Below, in pieces: positions 1 through 9,180 of a stretch of 64,000 nt of DNA. A program made the position numbers and the translations under genes. Within the stretch, counting starts at the first letter, position 1. Every line of letters begins with the position of its first letter. The stretch comes from Tolypothrix carrinoi HA7290-LM1. GTDB taxonomy: Bacteria > Cyanobacteriota > Cyanobacteriia > Cyanobacteriales > Nostocaceae. The notes beneath the pieces were generated by a model that worked only from the letters and a program-made list of their open reading frames with translations, ran no database searches and was not told where the DNA came from. The stretch lies in contig JAHHIK010000015.1 of assembly GCA_019358935.1 (NCBI GenBank), positions 1 to 64,000 of the forward strand. The letters are read 5' to 3'.

Positions 1-1
1 A

Positions 2-91
2 GACAAATTGAAAGCCGTTCCTAACTGGCAAAAACGGCTTAGAGAATACGTTGAACGGTTGATAGCTGGACAAACGGGAAATGATGGGTAG
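2..91 (+). CDS. 3' end of a small hypothetical protein (starts before the window)
   Basis: Open frame DKLKAVPNWQKRLREYVERLIAGQTGNDG* ending at TAG 89-91; resembles small cyanobacterial proteins I recall next to tnpB-type elements. Confidence 0.5.
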   Translation, partial: DKLKAVPNWQKRLREYVERLIAGQTGNDG

Positions 92-182
92 GCTTGTCCA
101 GATATTAGCGAACAGCAACTAACCCCTCCAGCAGTCAATCCTTAAATTACCCAGACTGATTCTTAAAGTTCAAAGTTCCCTT

Positions 183-215
183 AGAAACCCGACTTCTTTA
201 AGAAGTCGGGTTTCT
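183..215. repeat. Perfect palindromic REP-like element
   Basis: AGAAACCCGACTTCT-TTA-AGAAGTCGGGTTTCT, followed by a partial second copy of the right arm. Confidence 0.8.
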
Positions 216-279
216 GGACAAGAAGTCGGGTTTGGTGGACACTCACCTGGTAAAATCAGGTTGAGCTAATTAATGGGTT

Positions 280-1314
280 TTGGCTGTGTTAGCAGCATTG
301 CTTTATGGTCAGGAAGATTTACGCCTAGAGTCAGTTGCCGATCCTACTCCTGGTGAGGGTGAAGTCGTAATCCTTGTGGGATGTGCGACAACTTGTGGCA
401 CGGATTTGAAAGTTTGGCGGCGCGGCGGTCATGCTAAAATGCTGAAGCCTCCAAGTTTGTTTGGTCATGAGGCAGCTGGACGAGTTGTCGCATTGGGTGC
501 AGGTGTTACAGGTTGGAAAGTAGGCGATCGCGTAGTCGCTAATAACTCTGCCCCATGCATGAAATGCTTTTTTTGTCAACGTCAAGAATATTCGCTTTGC
601 CCGAATCTAACTTGGAATAATGGCACTTTTGCGGAGTACTTGAAAATTCCGGCAGCGATTGTAGAGCATAATTTGTTGCCGATTCCTGATGAGTTGCCGG
701 ATGAATTGGCAGCGATGACAGAACCTTTAGCTTGTGTATTGCACGGGGTAGCGCGTTCTAATGTCAAAGCTAAAGATAAAGTAGTCGTGTTGGGAGATGG
801 AGCGATCGGCTTGATGTTTGTCGCCAAGTTAGCCTATGATTGCGCTGCTGAGGTTTTGCTGTTGGGTGGTAACGATACTCGGCTAGAAATTGGGAGAAAG
901 CTGGGTGCAGCAAAGACTTTTAATTATCGTCAGATAGCAGATATTCCGAGTTTGGTGAAAGAACTTACCGATGGGTGGGGTGCAGATGTGGTGATAGAAG
1001 CGACAGGTGTACCGAGTGTTTGGGAAAGTGCGATCGCCTGCGCTCGTCCTGGTGCTACAGTCAACTTATTCGGTGGTTGTCCGCGAGATACGACAATTAC
1101 TGTAAATACAGAACAGTTACATTACAGCGAACTTACACTAAAAGGTGTATTTCATAATACTCCGAAGTTTGTGCGGGAAGCTTTATCACTCATCGCTAGT
1201 CGAAAAATTCCCTTTGAGTTACTTATTAGCGAACAGCGTCCATTGAAGGATTTAGAACAGGTATTTTCTGATATGAAGGCACGTAAAGTAATTAAAGTAG
1301 CAATGATTCCCTAA
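280..1314 (+). CDS. Zinc-binding alcohol dehydrogenase (MDR family, threonine/sorbitol dehydrogenase-like)
   Basis: CGTD, GHE, CxxCxxC-x7-C structural Zn site, GDGAIG Rossmann motif. Confidence 0.9.
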   Translation: MAVLAALLYGQEDLRLESVADPTPGEGEVVILVGCATTCGTDLKVWRRGGHAKMLKPPSLFGHEAAGRVVALGAGVTGWKVGDRVVANNSAPCMKCFFCQRQEYSLCPNLTWNNGTFAEYLKIPAAIVEHNLLPIPDELPDELAAMTEPLACVLHGVARSNVKAKDKVVVLGDGAIGLMFVAKLAYDCAAEVLLLGGNDTRLEIGRKLGAAKTFNYRQIADIPSLVKELTDGWGADVVIEATGVPSVWESAIACARPGATVNLFGGCPRDTTITVNTEQLHYSELTLKGVFHNTPKFVREALSLIASRKIPFELLISEQRPLKDLEQVFSDMKARKVIKVAMIP

Positions 1315-1531
1315 AGAAAACGGACAAGAACGACGTAACTGACAATCCTAAGATATTGCTTTATAAATTCAGTAAACGCACCGTCGATCGCCCAGTAAAA
1401 TGTGTTCTACTCGAGTCAACATCACACGGGAGGCAACGGTATCGCTGTTGCCTGATGCTCTGTTATGGCAAGGTTAGCGGGTTCTGTTGCAATCTTAGAG
1501 AAATTCAATTCTTTAATTAGGAACGACAGCA

Positions 1532-1948
1532 ATGTCTAGAGAAATTCAATACATCAATCCAGTCGGGTTAAGTAACCCATCTCACTACGGCTATGGTCAC
1601 GTTACCGTTATCCCTCCTGGCGCAACACTAGTCTACATCGCGGGTCAACTGGGTGAGGATGAAAACGGTAATTCGGTTTCTGATGACTTTGCTGCCCAAT
1701 TGAAACAGGCATTTGCAAATCTTCGCACAGCATTAATTGCAGTTGGAGCAACCCCAGAACAAGTGGTGAAAATTACACTGCTTTGTGTCGATCATAATGC
1801 TGAAAAACAACGATTGATATCACTAGAACGTAATGCAATGTGGAATGGCGATCGCAAGCCAGCGAGTACGCTCATTCCAGTACCAAAATTGGCAGTGGAC
1901 GGCATGTTGTTTGAAATTGATGCCGTTGCAGTCATTTCAAACTCTTAA
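1532..1948 (+). CDS. RidA/YjgF family protein
   Basis: LVYIAGQ, QAFANL, PASTL..V..L, FEIDAVA motifs. Confidence 0.85.
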   Translation: MSREIQYINPVGLSNPSHYGYGHVTVIPPGATLVYIAGQLGEDENGNSVSDDFAAQLKQAFANLRTALIAVGATPEQVVKITLLCVDHNAEKQRLISLERNAMWNGDRKPASTLIPVPKLAVDGMLFEIDAVAVISNS

Positions 1949-1965
1949 CCATTGAGGAGGTCTTT

Positions 1966-2418
1966 ATGTCATTACCCCTAATCTTGCAGCCTGGAGAAGG
2001 AAAATCAGTCAAGATTCGCACAAGTACTTGTACCTTCAAAGTGACTGGGAAAGATACACACGGTCATTTTGGGCTATTTGAGTTTGTCATGGAGCCAGGA
2101 ACTGAGGGTGCAAGTCCTCATATTCACAAACAACTGACCGAAATCTTCTATGTGGTTGAAGGTGAAGTTGAACTCGTCGTGGATCAACGCAGGGTGACTG
2201 CTGCACCAGGAACGTTGATGCTCGTGCCGGAAAACATGCCGCATGGCTTCTCCAATCCAGGACAAACGCGATCGAAGCTGTTAATCCTGTTCTGTCCTGC
2301 TGATTCACGAGAGCAGTATTTTGAGGGTTTAGCAGAACTCACAAAAGATGGGCGACAGCCCAGCCAAGCAGAGCTACTTGAATTGATGCAGAAGTTTGAC
2401 CAGTATCCAGTTTCTTAA
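1966..2418 (+). CDS. Cupin domain protein
   Basis: PHIH...EIFYVVEGE...PHGFSN cupin motifs; GAGGAGG RBS; 17 bp after the RidA gene. Confidence 0.85.
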   Translation: MSLPLILQPGEGKSVKIRTSTCTFKVTGKDTHGHFGLFEFVMEPGTEGASPHIHKQLTEIFYVVEGEVELVVDQRRVTAAPGTLMLVPENMPHGFSNPGQTRSKLLILFCPADSREQYFEGLAELTKDGRQPSQAELLELMQKFDQYPVS

Positions 2419-2644
2419 CTTTCTGCCGCAGTGAAAGTGGCTGAAGCAGTCGGCGATCGCGCAAATGTAGCAATCTCAATCTGATAAGAATATCTGTTGA
2501 TTTTCACATTTTGATTCTAGTTCACGGGGCGATCGCTCGATGTCAGATGTCATATGAGAATTGACATTTATTTCTCCAAAAACGGGAAAACTATGATTAC
2601 ACCCTTTTATGAGGGGAAATCGCAGTATTAATTGTGAGGAGAAA

Positions 2645-3238
2645 ATGCTTAAAAAACTTCTACCTTGTTTTTTAGTTCCCTTAATTTGCCTGGGAATGCT
2701 TTCTGATTCTAAAGTTAATGCTTTACCAGGGCAAAGTACAGAAGAAGTCGGCACTTGGATTAAAGCTAATTCTACACTTCGTCCCAGCCGTGGAGAGCGA
2801 TTTTTGATTCAAAAGACTGATACAGCAGCACAGCGATTTACTTTTCAAGCATCGGTGTTGCCTCCTGGGAAAGTCGGTTTTACCAAAGACCGCAGCAGAA
2901 TACGCACCGAACGGATTGCGATGTATGATGCAATTAACGGCATTACGGCTCAACGGTTGCAAGAATCGTTGCGGGTGATTTATGGGTTGGATATCTATCA
3001 AGATTTCAATCGCGCTCAGGTGATATATGAGTATCCAAATCAAAGTGCGATAAATAATGCGCGTTTGGCGAAAACCCCTATCAGAGAAGCTTTACAGGGA
3101 GAATTGCGTGTAGGCGATCGCTACGCATACTGGGTAGAAGTTGCTCAACCCAAAGAAGGTAAAGCCTTCGTCGGTCAGATGACAGTTTTGCTGAAAACCG
3201 ATTTAGATAAGTTAGAAGCCGAATTGCGAAATCGTTAA
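2645..3238 (+). CDS. Conserved cyanobacterial exported hypothetical protein
   Basis: Signal-peptide-like N-terminus then ALPGQS; ATG 2645 preferred over 2609. Confidence 0.75.
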   Translation: MLKKLLPCFLVPLICLGMLSDSKVNALPGQSTEEVGTWIKANSTLRPSRGERFLIQKTDTAAQRFTFQASVLPPGKVGFTKDRSRIRTERIAMYDAINGITAQRLQESLRVIYGLDIYQDFNRAQVIYEYPNQSAINNARLAKTPIREALQGELRVGDRYAYWVEVAQPKEGKAFVGQMTVLLKTDLDKLEAELRNR

Positions 3239-3582
3239 TGTAGAGTTTGCCAATCGCCAGAAAAGATACTTTCAACAGCGATTGTAATTCGCAGCAAGTC
3301 TTCTTTTAGCAGCGGGGGCCATTCTATCCCAGCTTTGCGCCCCGCTGCAAACAACTGTTGACTTTTGATGCTTAATTGATACAGCGAGTTAGCTAGTTCC
3401 CTCTCTATAATTGTAGCATCCTTGAGTTCTTCAAAAACCACTTTCAACGCCAATAAAATCGAAGTAACGTGACCAGGTACAGGTGGTTTTCCGTGTTGCA
3501 TCCGCATTAACAGGGCATCTGAGTTTTCCTCAGTTGTTATTGCCTGGTCAATAAGCAATTTGCGAGCAGTTTCGTAATTCAT
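3235..3582 (-). CDS. Conserved cyanobacterial hypothetical protein (often mislabelled dethiobiotin synthetase)
   Basis: 115 aa, GKPPVPG..TSILLALK motif, no P-loop. Confidence 0.75.
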   Translation of the reverse strand: MNYETARKLLIDQAITTEENSDALLMRMQHGKPPVPGHVTSILLALKVVFEELKDATIIERELANSLYQLSIKSQQLFAAGRKAGIEWPPLLKEDLLRITIAVESIFSGDWQTLH

Positions 3583-3633
3583 TTTTACAGAGTACCATTG
3601 AACCGCACATAGAAGGCGATCGCGCTGCCACCA

Positions 3634-3805
3634 AAAAGCCCGCAGGCTATAAGCCTGGGGCTACACGGACAAAGCCCACCTTCGTGGGCTAAGAATTGCA
3701 GCCCACGAAGGCGAGTGCGTGTCGCAGACAAGGTAAGCTCTGTTTGTATAGCCGCACCCTTCTAGGGTTTAGGGTAAAATATTTGTTCAAAATTGGGATG
3801 CTCCC
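3634..3805. repeat. Composite REP/MITE-like dispersed repeat
   Basis: Hairpins CAGGCT-ATA-AGCCTG and GCCCAC-CTTC-GTGGGC; ends in TTGGGATGCTCCC; related copy at 28334-28412. Confidence 0.6.
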
Positions 3806-4014
3806 TGTCAACTTGACTTTTTTCTCATATCTCAAATAGGAACGCTTAAAACAGAGCTTTATATGCCTGCCAGCGAAAACGCAGGAACTTCGCGGCTACT
3901 TAATATCTTGCCATATTGCAATTAAGTTAAGTTATTTCATAGCGAAAGGCTTGAAACAAAATATTTTTATTAATTTTTAAGTTTTTAACTTTATGAAAAG
4001 AGTGATTATCTAAT

Positions 4015-4140
4015 TAAGTAGGCGAGCATCAATAAATTTAACTTGCTTTTCTTTTCTGCCCAATGCTCTATGCCCCATGCCCTATGCCCTATGACCTATG
4101 CCCTATGAGTGATGTTAATTTTTATTAATCTACCTAGTTA
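4015..4140. repeat. MITE-like element with internal heptamer tract
   Basis: Ends TAAGTAGG...CCTAGTTA, internal (ATGCCCT)n, GAGTGATGTT core shared with 36704-36873. Confidence 0.55.
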
Positions 4141-4307
4141 CGATTAAGTTGAAGTCAGGGCGTTGCTGATTCTGAAACTTCATCAAGTTATAAATCCGAT
4201 TATTAAGTTTTTGATAATACTTGTGTCGGCTTGTACGCTCATGCCCCAATATATTGCCGGAATTGGTACGCTTAAAAGAACTAAGCTAATGATTAAATTG
4301 AGGTCTG

Positions 4308-4529
4308 ATGACTCCTACGATTATGCGTCAGCTTTGGACTGTGGTTGAAACAGCCCATTCCAAGACCCTCTTGCAACTAGACGATGCTAGCTTGGTGCAA
4401 TGGTTAGTCAAACAAACCAAAACGCAAGCATTGTTAGATTGTAACGAAACCGATTTTCTCTGTGACTACATTCAAGCCAGGTTAAGCCTGATTCGTGACA
4501 TCGCCCATGACCGTCAATGTTACGGCTAA
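4308..4529 (+). CDS. Conserved small cyanobacterial hypothetical protein
   Basis: MTPTIMRQLW..VE...LLQLDD..LVQWL...YI..RL.LIRD pattern; GAGG RBS. Confidence 0.75.
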   Translation: MTPTIMRQLWTVVETAHSKTLLQLDDASLVQWLVKQTKTQALLDCNETDFLCDYIQARLSLIRDIAHDRQCYG

Positions 4530-4559
4530 GACAATCATGATTGATTCGTGGGAGCGTGG

Positions 4560-4685
4560 TTGGTTGTTAGTGGTTAGTGGATAGTCGATAGTCGATAGTC
4601 GATAGTCGATAGTAATTAGCAACTAACAACCAACAACCATCAACTAACAACCATCAACTAACAACCATCAACTAACCACTAACAC
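4560..4685. repeat. STRR heptamer tandem repeats
   Basis: (GATAGTC)n and (AACTAAC/AACCATC)n between convergent genes. Confidence 0.85.
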
Positions 4686-4693
4686 TCATACTA

Positions 4694-5788
4694 TTAACTT
4701 TTTCGCGGCAAATAACCTTCTACCAAGCAGTCGGAACCTACTACACGCCAATTAACACGTTCTAAGGGCAAAGCCTCAGTCATAGTGGTGAAGCCTAAAT
4801 CACCCACAGGTGTGGGTGCATTGTTACCACCAATGATTTTCGGAGCGATAAAGGCAAGAATTTTTTGTATAGCACCTTGAGCGATCGCACTAGCGGCTAG
4901 CATTCCGCCACACTCCCACAAAACGCTACAAAAACCCCGCTCATACAGATAAGCCATTACCTTATCTGGCGTGAGTGGAGTTAGTTCCAGCACCTCTACT
5001 CCCTGTTTTCGCAACAATTCTTTAACATCAGGGTTAGCATCTACTTCTGTTAACACCAAAGTGGGAGCTTCGGTAGTTTGCCACAAGTGAGCATTTTCTG
5101 GCAATCTCAGACTGCGACTCATCACCACCCGCAAAGGATTATTTGCCCCCTCTTGATGGCTGGTTAAATAAGGATTATCCTGTCGTACTGTATTACCACC
5201 GACAATTACAGCATCGCAAGCTGCCCGCAGTTGATGTACTTCATTGCGGGCATCTCGGTTTGTCACCCAAGCACTGTGACCGGCGCTGGTAGCAATTTTC
5301 CCATCTAAAGTCATGGCATATTTCAAAATGCCCAAAGGTCGTTTGTAAAGAATACGATGGACAAAACCTTCATTAATTTTCTGGCAGGCTTCTTCATCCA
5401 CCCCTGCCACAACTTCTATCCCAGCGGCGCGTAAACGGGCAATGCCGCCCCCCGCAACCAGGGGATTGGGGTCAACCATACCTACTACCACCTTTGCCAC
5501 CCCAGCAGCAATTAACGCTTCCGAACAAGGCGGAGTGCGTCCGTAGTGATTGCAAGGTTCCAGGCTGACATAAATTGTCGCTCCACGAGCGGCAGCGCCA
5601 GCTGCTTTCAGGGCAAAAACTTCCGCATGAGGTTCCCCAGCACGAGGATGAAATCCTTCCCCGACAATCTCGCCATCTTTGACAATTACCGCTCCCACTA
5701 AAGGATTTGGCGAAGTGCGTCCGGTAGCGCGTTTTGCGAGTGACAAACACCGCTGCATCATGCGCGAGTCAAAGTCATTTCCCACCAT
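4694..5788 (-). CDS. ribD: Riboflavin biosynthesis deaminase/reductase RibD (N-terminal extension cut off by an IS)
   Basis: PNPLVG, HAE, LEPC..YGRTPPC, MTLDGKIA, ECGG motifs; probable restart at ATG 5788 (or TTG 5809). Confidence 0.95.
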   Translation of the reverse strand: MVGNDFDSRMMQRCLSLAKRATGRTSPNPLVGAVIVKDGEIVGEGFHPRAGEPHAEVFALKAAGAAARGATIYVSLEPCNHYGRTPPCSEALIAAGVAKVVVGMVDPNPLVAGGGIARLRAAGIEVVAGVDEEACQKINEGFVHRILYKRPLGILKYAMTLDGKIATSAGHSAWVTNRDARNEVHQLRAACDAVIVGGNTVRQDNPYLTSHQEGANNPLRVVMSRSLRLPENAHLWQTTEAPTLVLTEVDANPDVKELLRKQGVEVLELTPLTPDKVMAYLYERGFCSVLWECGGMLAASAIAQGAIQKILAFIAPKIIGGNNAPTPVGDLGFTTMTEALPLERVNWRVVGSDCLVEGYLPRKS

Positions 5789-5847
5789 TTTCTGCGAGTG
5801 TGAATTCAAACCAACTGCCGACTTTACTAAAGTGCATTTTCTTCACT

Positions 5848-7211
5848 TTGACACTCCCCATGCCGTCATGCTGAGGATTCTTGCGTCACGGGGACTCCAA
5901 TGAATTTACCCTCAGCAAGCATCTTGACCGTGTGCCCCACGGCTGCAAGTCCGCGTATCGCGACTACTTGAGCGGCTGCAACATCTCTATCAGTCGTGTA
6001 GCCGCAATGTGAACACACATGAGTACGTTCTGACAATTCCTTCAAACCTGTCTGGGTTCCACAGTTTGGGCAAATTTGACTTGTTTTACGACTGTCTACT
6101 TTTTGAAAGTACACATCACGCTTAAAGCAAGTTTGCTCAAGAATATTGAAAAACTGTCCAAATCCTGCATCTAAACAGTGCTTGCCCAACATTCCACGAG
6201 ATAACCCGACAAGATTCAAATCTTCAACAAACACCATTCCAGTGTCGTTACAGATTTGATGAGACAGCTTTCTATGAAAGTCTTTACGGCAGTTAGCAAC
6301 GTACTCATGCAATGAAGCAACTTTTTTTTGGGCTTTATGCCAATTGTTCGATCCTTTTCGTTTTTTAGAAACGCGCTGTTGCAGCAATTTCAGCTTGCGT
6401 TCAGCGTCAATAAAAAATGCAGGACGCTTGACTAAAAGACCATTAGAAGTTGCAATGAAGCTTGTTAACCCTACATCTATTCCTGCTGCTTTTCCGTGTG
6501 GAAGGGGAGAGGGAACAGACACATTCCACTGGATGGTTAACATTACGTACCAACCGGAGACACGTTTAACCACACGCGCTTGCTTGACTACTCCTCCATC
6601 TGGCACTTGACGCGATTGGCGGAACTTAACCCACCCAATCTTAGGCAAGTTAATCATACCTGAAGAGAGCCTTTCCCCTTCCATTTGAGGAAAAACAAAA
6701 CTACGCATTCTCCCAAGCTTTTTAAACCTGGGGAACCCGTGGTTACGCTCCCACATCGCTACAAATGCAACCTCAAGTCGTTTAAGAGTTTGCTGCAAAA
6801 CTTGAGACTGAACTGTTTTTAAATCAGGATAGTCCTTCTTTGCAGCAGTTAAAGACTTACATTGACTAGCGTATGTAGGGCGCGGCGCGTCAGCAGGAAT
6901 GATGTAGCAACCACGGAGGTTACAAGCGTCTATCTGACAACTACGTGACTGATACCAGTCCTTGCGCTCACGCAAAGCATGGTTGTAGACACGACGATTG
7001 ATTTCAAGCCAATCCTCAAAAATATTCGATTGTTCTTTGCTTGGTTTTAGCTTGAATTCGTAGGTCAGATTAAACACTTTTATCACCTCCTATACCTATT
7101 ATACACACAATTTTAAAATTCGTAAAAACGATTTATAAGATTGACGAATATTAAAATTGCCTGCTTTCTACATCCCCATGCCTGAAGTCAGGGGTATGCA
7201 GCGCGTTTTCG
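5848..7211 (-). mobile_element. IS200/IS605-family non-autonomous element (tnpB only, IS1341-like)
   Basis: On the minus strand it begins right after TTAC (7215-7212), has a left-end hairpin CATACCCCTGACTTCAGGCATGGGGATG, and ends ...GGCATGGGGAGTGTCAA at 5848; no target duplication, no tnpA. Confidence 0.85.
5866..7077 (-). CDS. tnpB: RNA-guided endonuclease TnpB
   Basis: N-terminal YEFKLKP HTH, RuvC GIDVG / VEDL / DRDVAAA, Zn ribbon CPNCG..CSHCG; AGGAGG before GTG 7077. Confidence 0.95.
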   Translation of the reverse strand: MFNLTYEFKLKPSKEQSNIFEDWLEINRRVYNHALRERKDWYQSRSCQIDACNLRGCYIIPADAPRPTYASQCKSLTAAKKDYPDLKTVQSQVLQQTLKRLEVAFVAMWERNHGFPRFKKLGRMRSFVFPQMEGERLSSGMINLPKIGWVKFRQSRQVPDGGVVKQARVVKRVSGWYVMLTIQWNVSVPSPLPHGKAAGIDVGLTSFIATSNGLLVKRPAFFIDAERKLKLLQQRVSKKRKGSNNWHKAQKKVASLHEYVANCRKDFHRKLSHQICNDTGMVFVEDLNLVGLSRGMLGKHCLDAGFGQFFNILEQTCFKRDVYFQKVDSRKTSQICPNCGTQTGLKELSERTHVCSHCGYTTDRDVAAAQVVAIRGLAAVGHTVKMLAEGKFIGVPVTQESSA

Positions 7212-7262
7212 GTAATTATGTAGGGATGCATTTGGTTGATCAACCACTGGGGAATTATCCAT
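7212..7262 (-). pseudogene. ribD: Orphaned first 17 codons of ribD
   Basis: ATG GAT AAT TCC CCA GTG... = MDNSPVVDQPNASLHNY, ending exactly at the TTAC insertion site; resembles the Nostocales RibD N-terminal extension. Confidence 0.7.
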
Positions 7263-7602
7263 AACTTTGGGCAATAACAAGGATTAAGGAGTAGGGAGTA
7301 GGGAGTAGGGGGTAGGGATAAGAATTGAAGAATATATAAACTTTTAATCTTTTTAATCTCTAGCCCCTAGCCCCTAACCCCTAGCCCCTAACCCTAGCTT
7401 GAATCTATATTGCCAGATGATGCCCAAATTCATTTGAAAAATTTCGGAGTAAAGCCACCACAAACACAGGTGAATCCTTACTCCTGACTTTTTCCTCAGG
7501 TTTTCACCCAAGTGCGATCGCACTTTGCCCTCAAAACAAATAACTTTCTCACCAATTACCCATTACCGATTCCCCATTACCGATTCCCCATTACCGATTC
7601 CC

Positions 7603-8247
7603 TCATGACTGTGCCAATTTTATCTGCTGCCACCATCTATTTAAGGGATAATAAAGCACAGGTGCCCAGAGACTACTGAGAATAGCAGAGGCAAGGGCGA
7701 CTTTTTGGTAATATGTCCAGATGTCTTGGACATTGCGATCGCCCATCCAAACTAATAACGACGCAAAAATAGTTTCTTCTAAAACTGTCATTCCAAAGAC
7801 AATTAAGGCAATAGAAATAAAGTCTTCTTGGATAAAACGCTGTTTCTGCATAAAGCCAGTAATCATTCCCACTATCCCCAAACTAATAGCATGACTGGGG
7901 TTGGGCGATGTCATGGCATCTTGAAGCAGCCCCAAAACTATACCTGCTAATGCTCCTTGAAAAACCGTGCGCTTCACGCTCCAAGATACTACCCAAATCA
8001 ATAGCCAGTTAGGTGCAATTCCCAATAATTCCATCCCTGGAAGACGGATAGGCAACATCATTAAACATAACAGTACAGACCCAACCGTCACCGTCAAATC
8101 CAGCACTTGACGCAACTGGGGATTCCATTGAGAAACAGGCTTAATTTTTGGTTTCGATGGCGGCTTCGATTGCGATTTCGATGGCGATTTTCGCTCTGGC
8201 GATTTTGGCTTTCGCTGCCTGCTGCGACCTAATGCAGGAATCTTCAT
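7603..8247 (-). CDS. mreD: Rod shape-determining protein MreD
   Basis: Hydrophobic, PNWLLIWVV, GLLQD; downstream of mreC. Confidence 0.9.
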   Translation of the reverse strand: MKIPALGRSRQRKPKSPERKSPSKSQSKPPSKPKIKPVSQWNPQLRQVLDLTVTVGSVLLCLMMLPIRLPGMELLGIAPNWLLIWVVSWSVKRTVFQGALAGIVLGLLQDAMTSPNPSHAISLGIVGMITGFMQKQRFIQEDFISIALIVFGMTVLEETIFASLLVWMGDRNVQDIWTYYQKVALASAILSSLWAPVLYYPLNRWWQQIKLAQS

Positions 8248-8280
8248 TATTTTTAATATATTTGGGAAAATTTAATTAGA

Positions 8281-9096
8281 CTATTGCGGTTTTTTATCTA
8301 TCGATTCAGGTTTTGCTGGCTGTTGAATTTCTGGCGTTTGGTTTTCCGGCTTGGGAGATACAGTTACCCAATCCAAAGACCTAATTGACGAGGAAAGTTC
8401 AATTGTTGCCACTGATGCTGGGAGTTTCTTCAAATTTAAAGACTTCACTCGTCCTACCGCCAAGCCAGAAGGAAACTTCTGACTGTAATTAGATGTAGAA
8501 ACTAAATCTCCAGGCTTGACATTGGGAACTTTTTCATAAAATTCCAACACACCATCAGCAGAAGCATCTCCACGCAAAACGCCTTTAGCTCCAGTGCGGC
8601 TAATTGTTACACCTACTTGGCTCTTGAGATCGCTAATTAACAACACGCGGCTGGAATTGTCAGTAACCTTTTCTACCAAACCTACCAATCCACCCTCAGC
8701 CTTGACAATGTAACCTTCTTGTATTCCGGCACGGCTACCGCGATTGATAGTTACTTGTTGCCACCAATGGTCGGCACCGCGTCCTACTACCCGCGCCGGA
8801 ATTGGGCGGGCTGCTGGTGGTTCTTTTTCAACGTAACCGAGTAAGTTTTTGAGCTTTTTATTTTGGCTTTCTAAATCTTCTATGCGCGTTTTCAGTTCCA
8901 ACACCCGCGCATCCTTAACACGTTCTTCTTGAGTTGGACCTGTATGCAACATTTGCAACGGACGGGTCATTTCTTCATACATACCCAGCAGAAGACCGCC
9001 TTGAGTTTGTCGAAGCATCCAAGCGCCACCAACTACTAAACCTAGCAGCCCGATTTGTAATCCTTTGCGCTCCCACCAGCGACGCGAAGTAAACAT
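8281..9096 (-). CDS. mreC: Rod shape-determining protein MreC
   Basis: Coiled coil, ARVVGR, GLVGLV, VLLISD, GDLVSTS, FPSGLAVG; start ATG 9096. Confidence 0.92.
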   Translation of the reverse strand: MFTSRRWWERKGLQIGLLGLVVGGAWMLRQTQGGLLLGMYEEMTRPLQMLHTGPTQEERVKDARVLELKTRIEDLESQNKKLKNLLGYVEKEPPAARPIPARVVGRGADHWWQQVTINRGSRAGIQEGYIVKAEGGLVGLVEKVTDNSSRVLLISDLKSQVGVTISRTGAKGVLRGDASADGVLEFYEKVPNVKPGDLVSTSNYSQKFPSGLAVGRVKSLNLKKLPASVATIELSSSIRSLDWVTVSPKPENQTPEIQQPAKPESIDKKPQ

Positions 9097-9180
9097 ATAT
9101 ACCTTTTTTCTAAGAATATTTTTGCAAAAGATATTGGATTCACTTGATGTAGAACCCAATATCTAAAATTGTTCCATATG

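Noticed and set aside
3235..3582. Dethiobiotin synthetase (bioD)
   Set aside because: Too short and lacks the P-loop
5848..7211. IStron (group I intron-IS chimera) splicing out of ribD
   Set aside because: Only ~130 bp lie between the left end and tnpB, too little for a group I core, and the rejoined frame hits a stop
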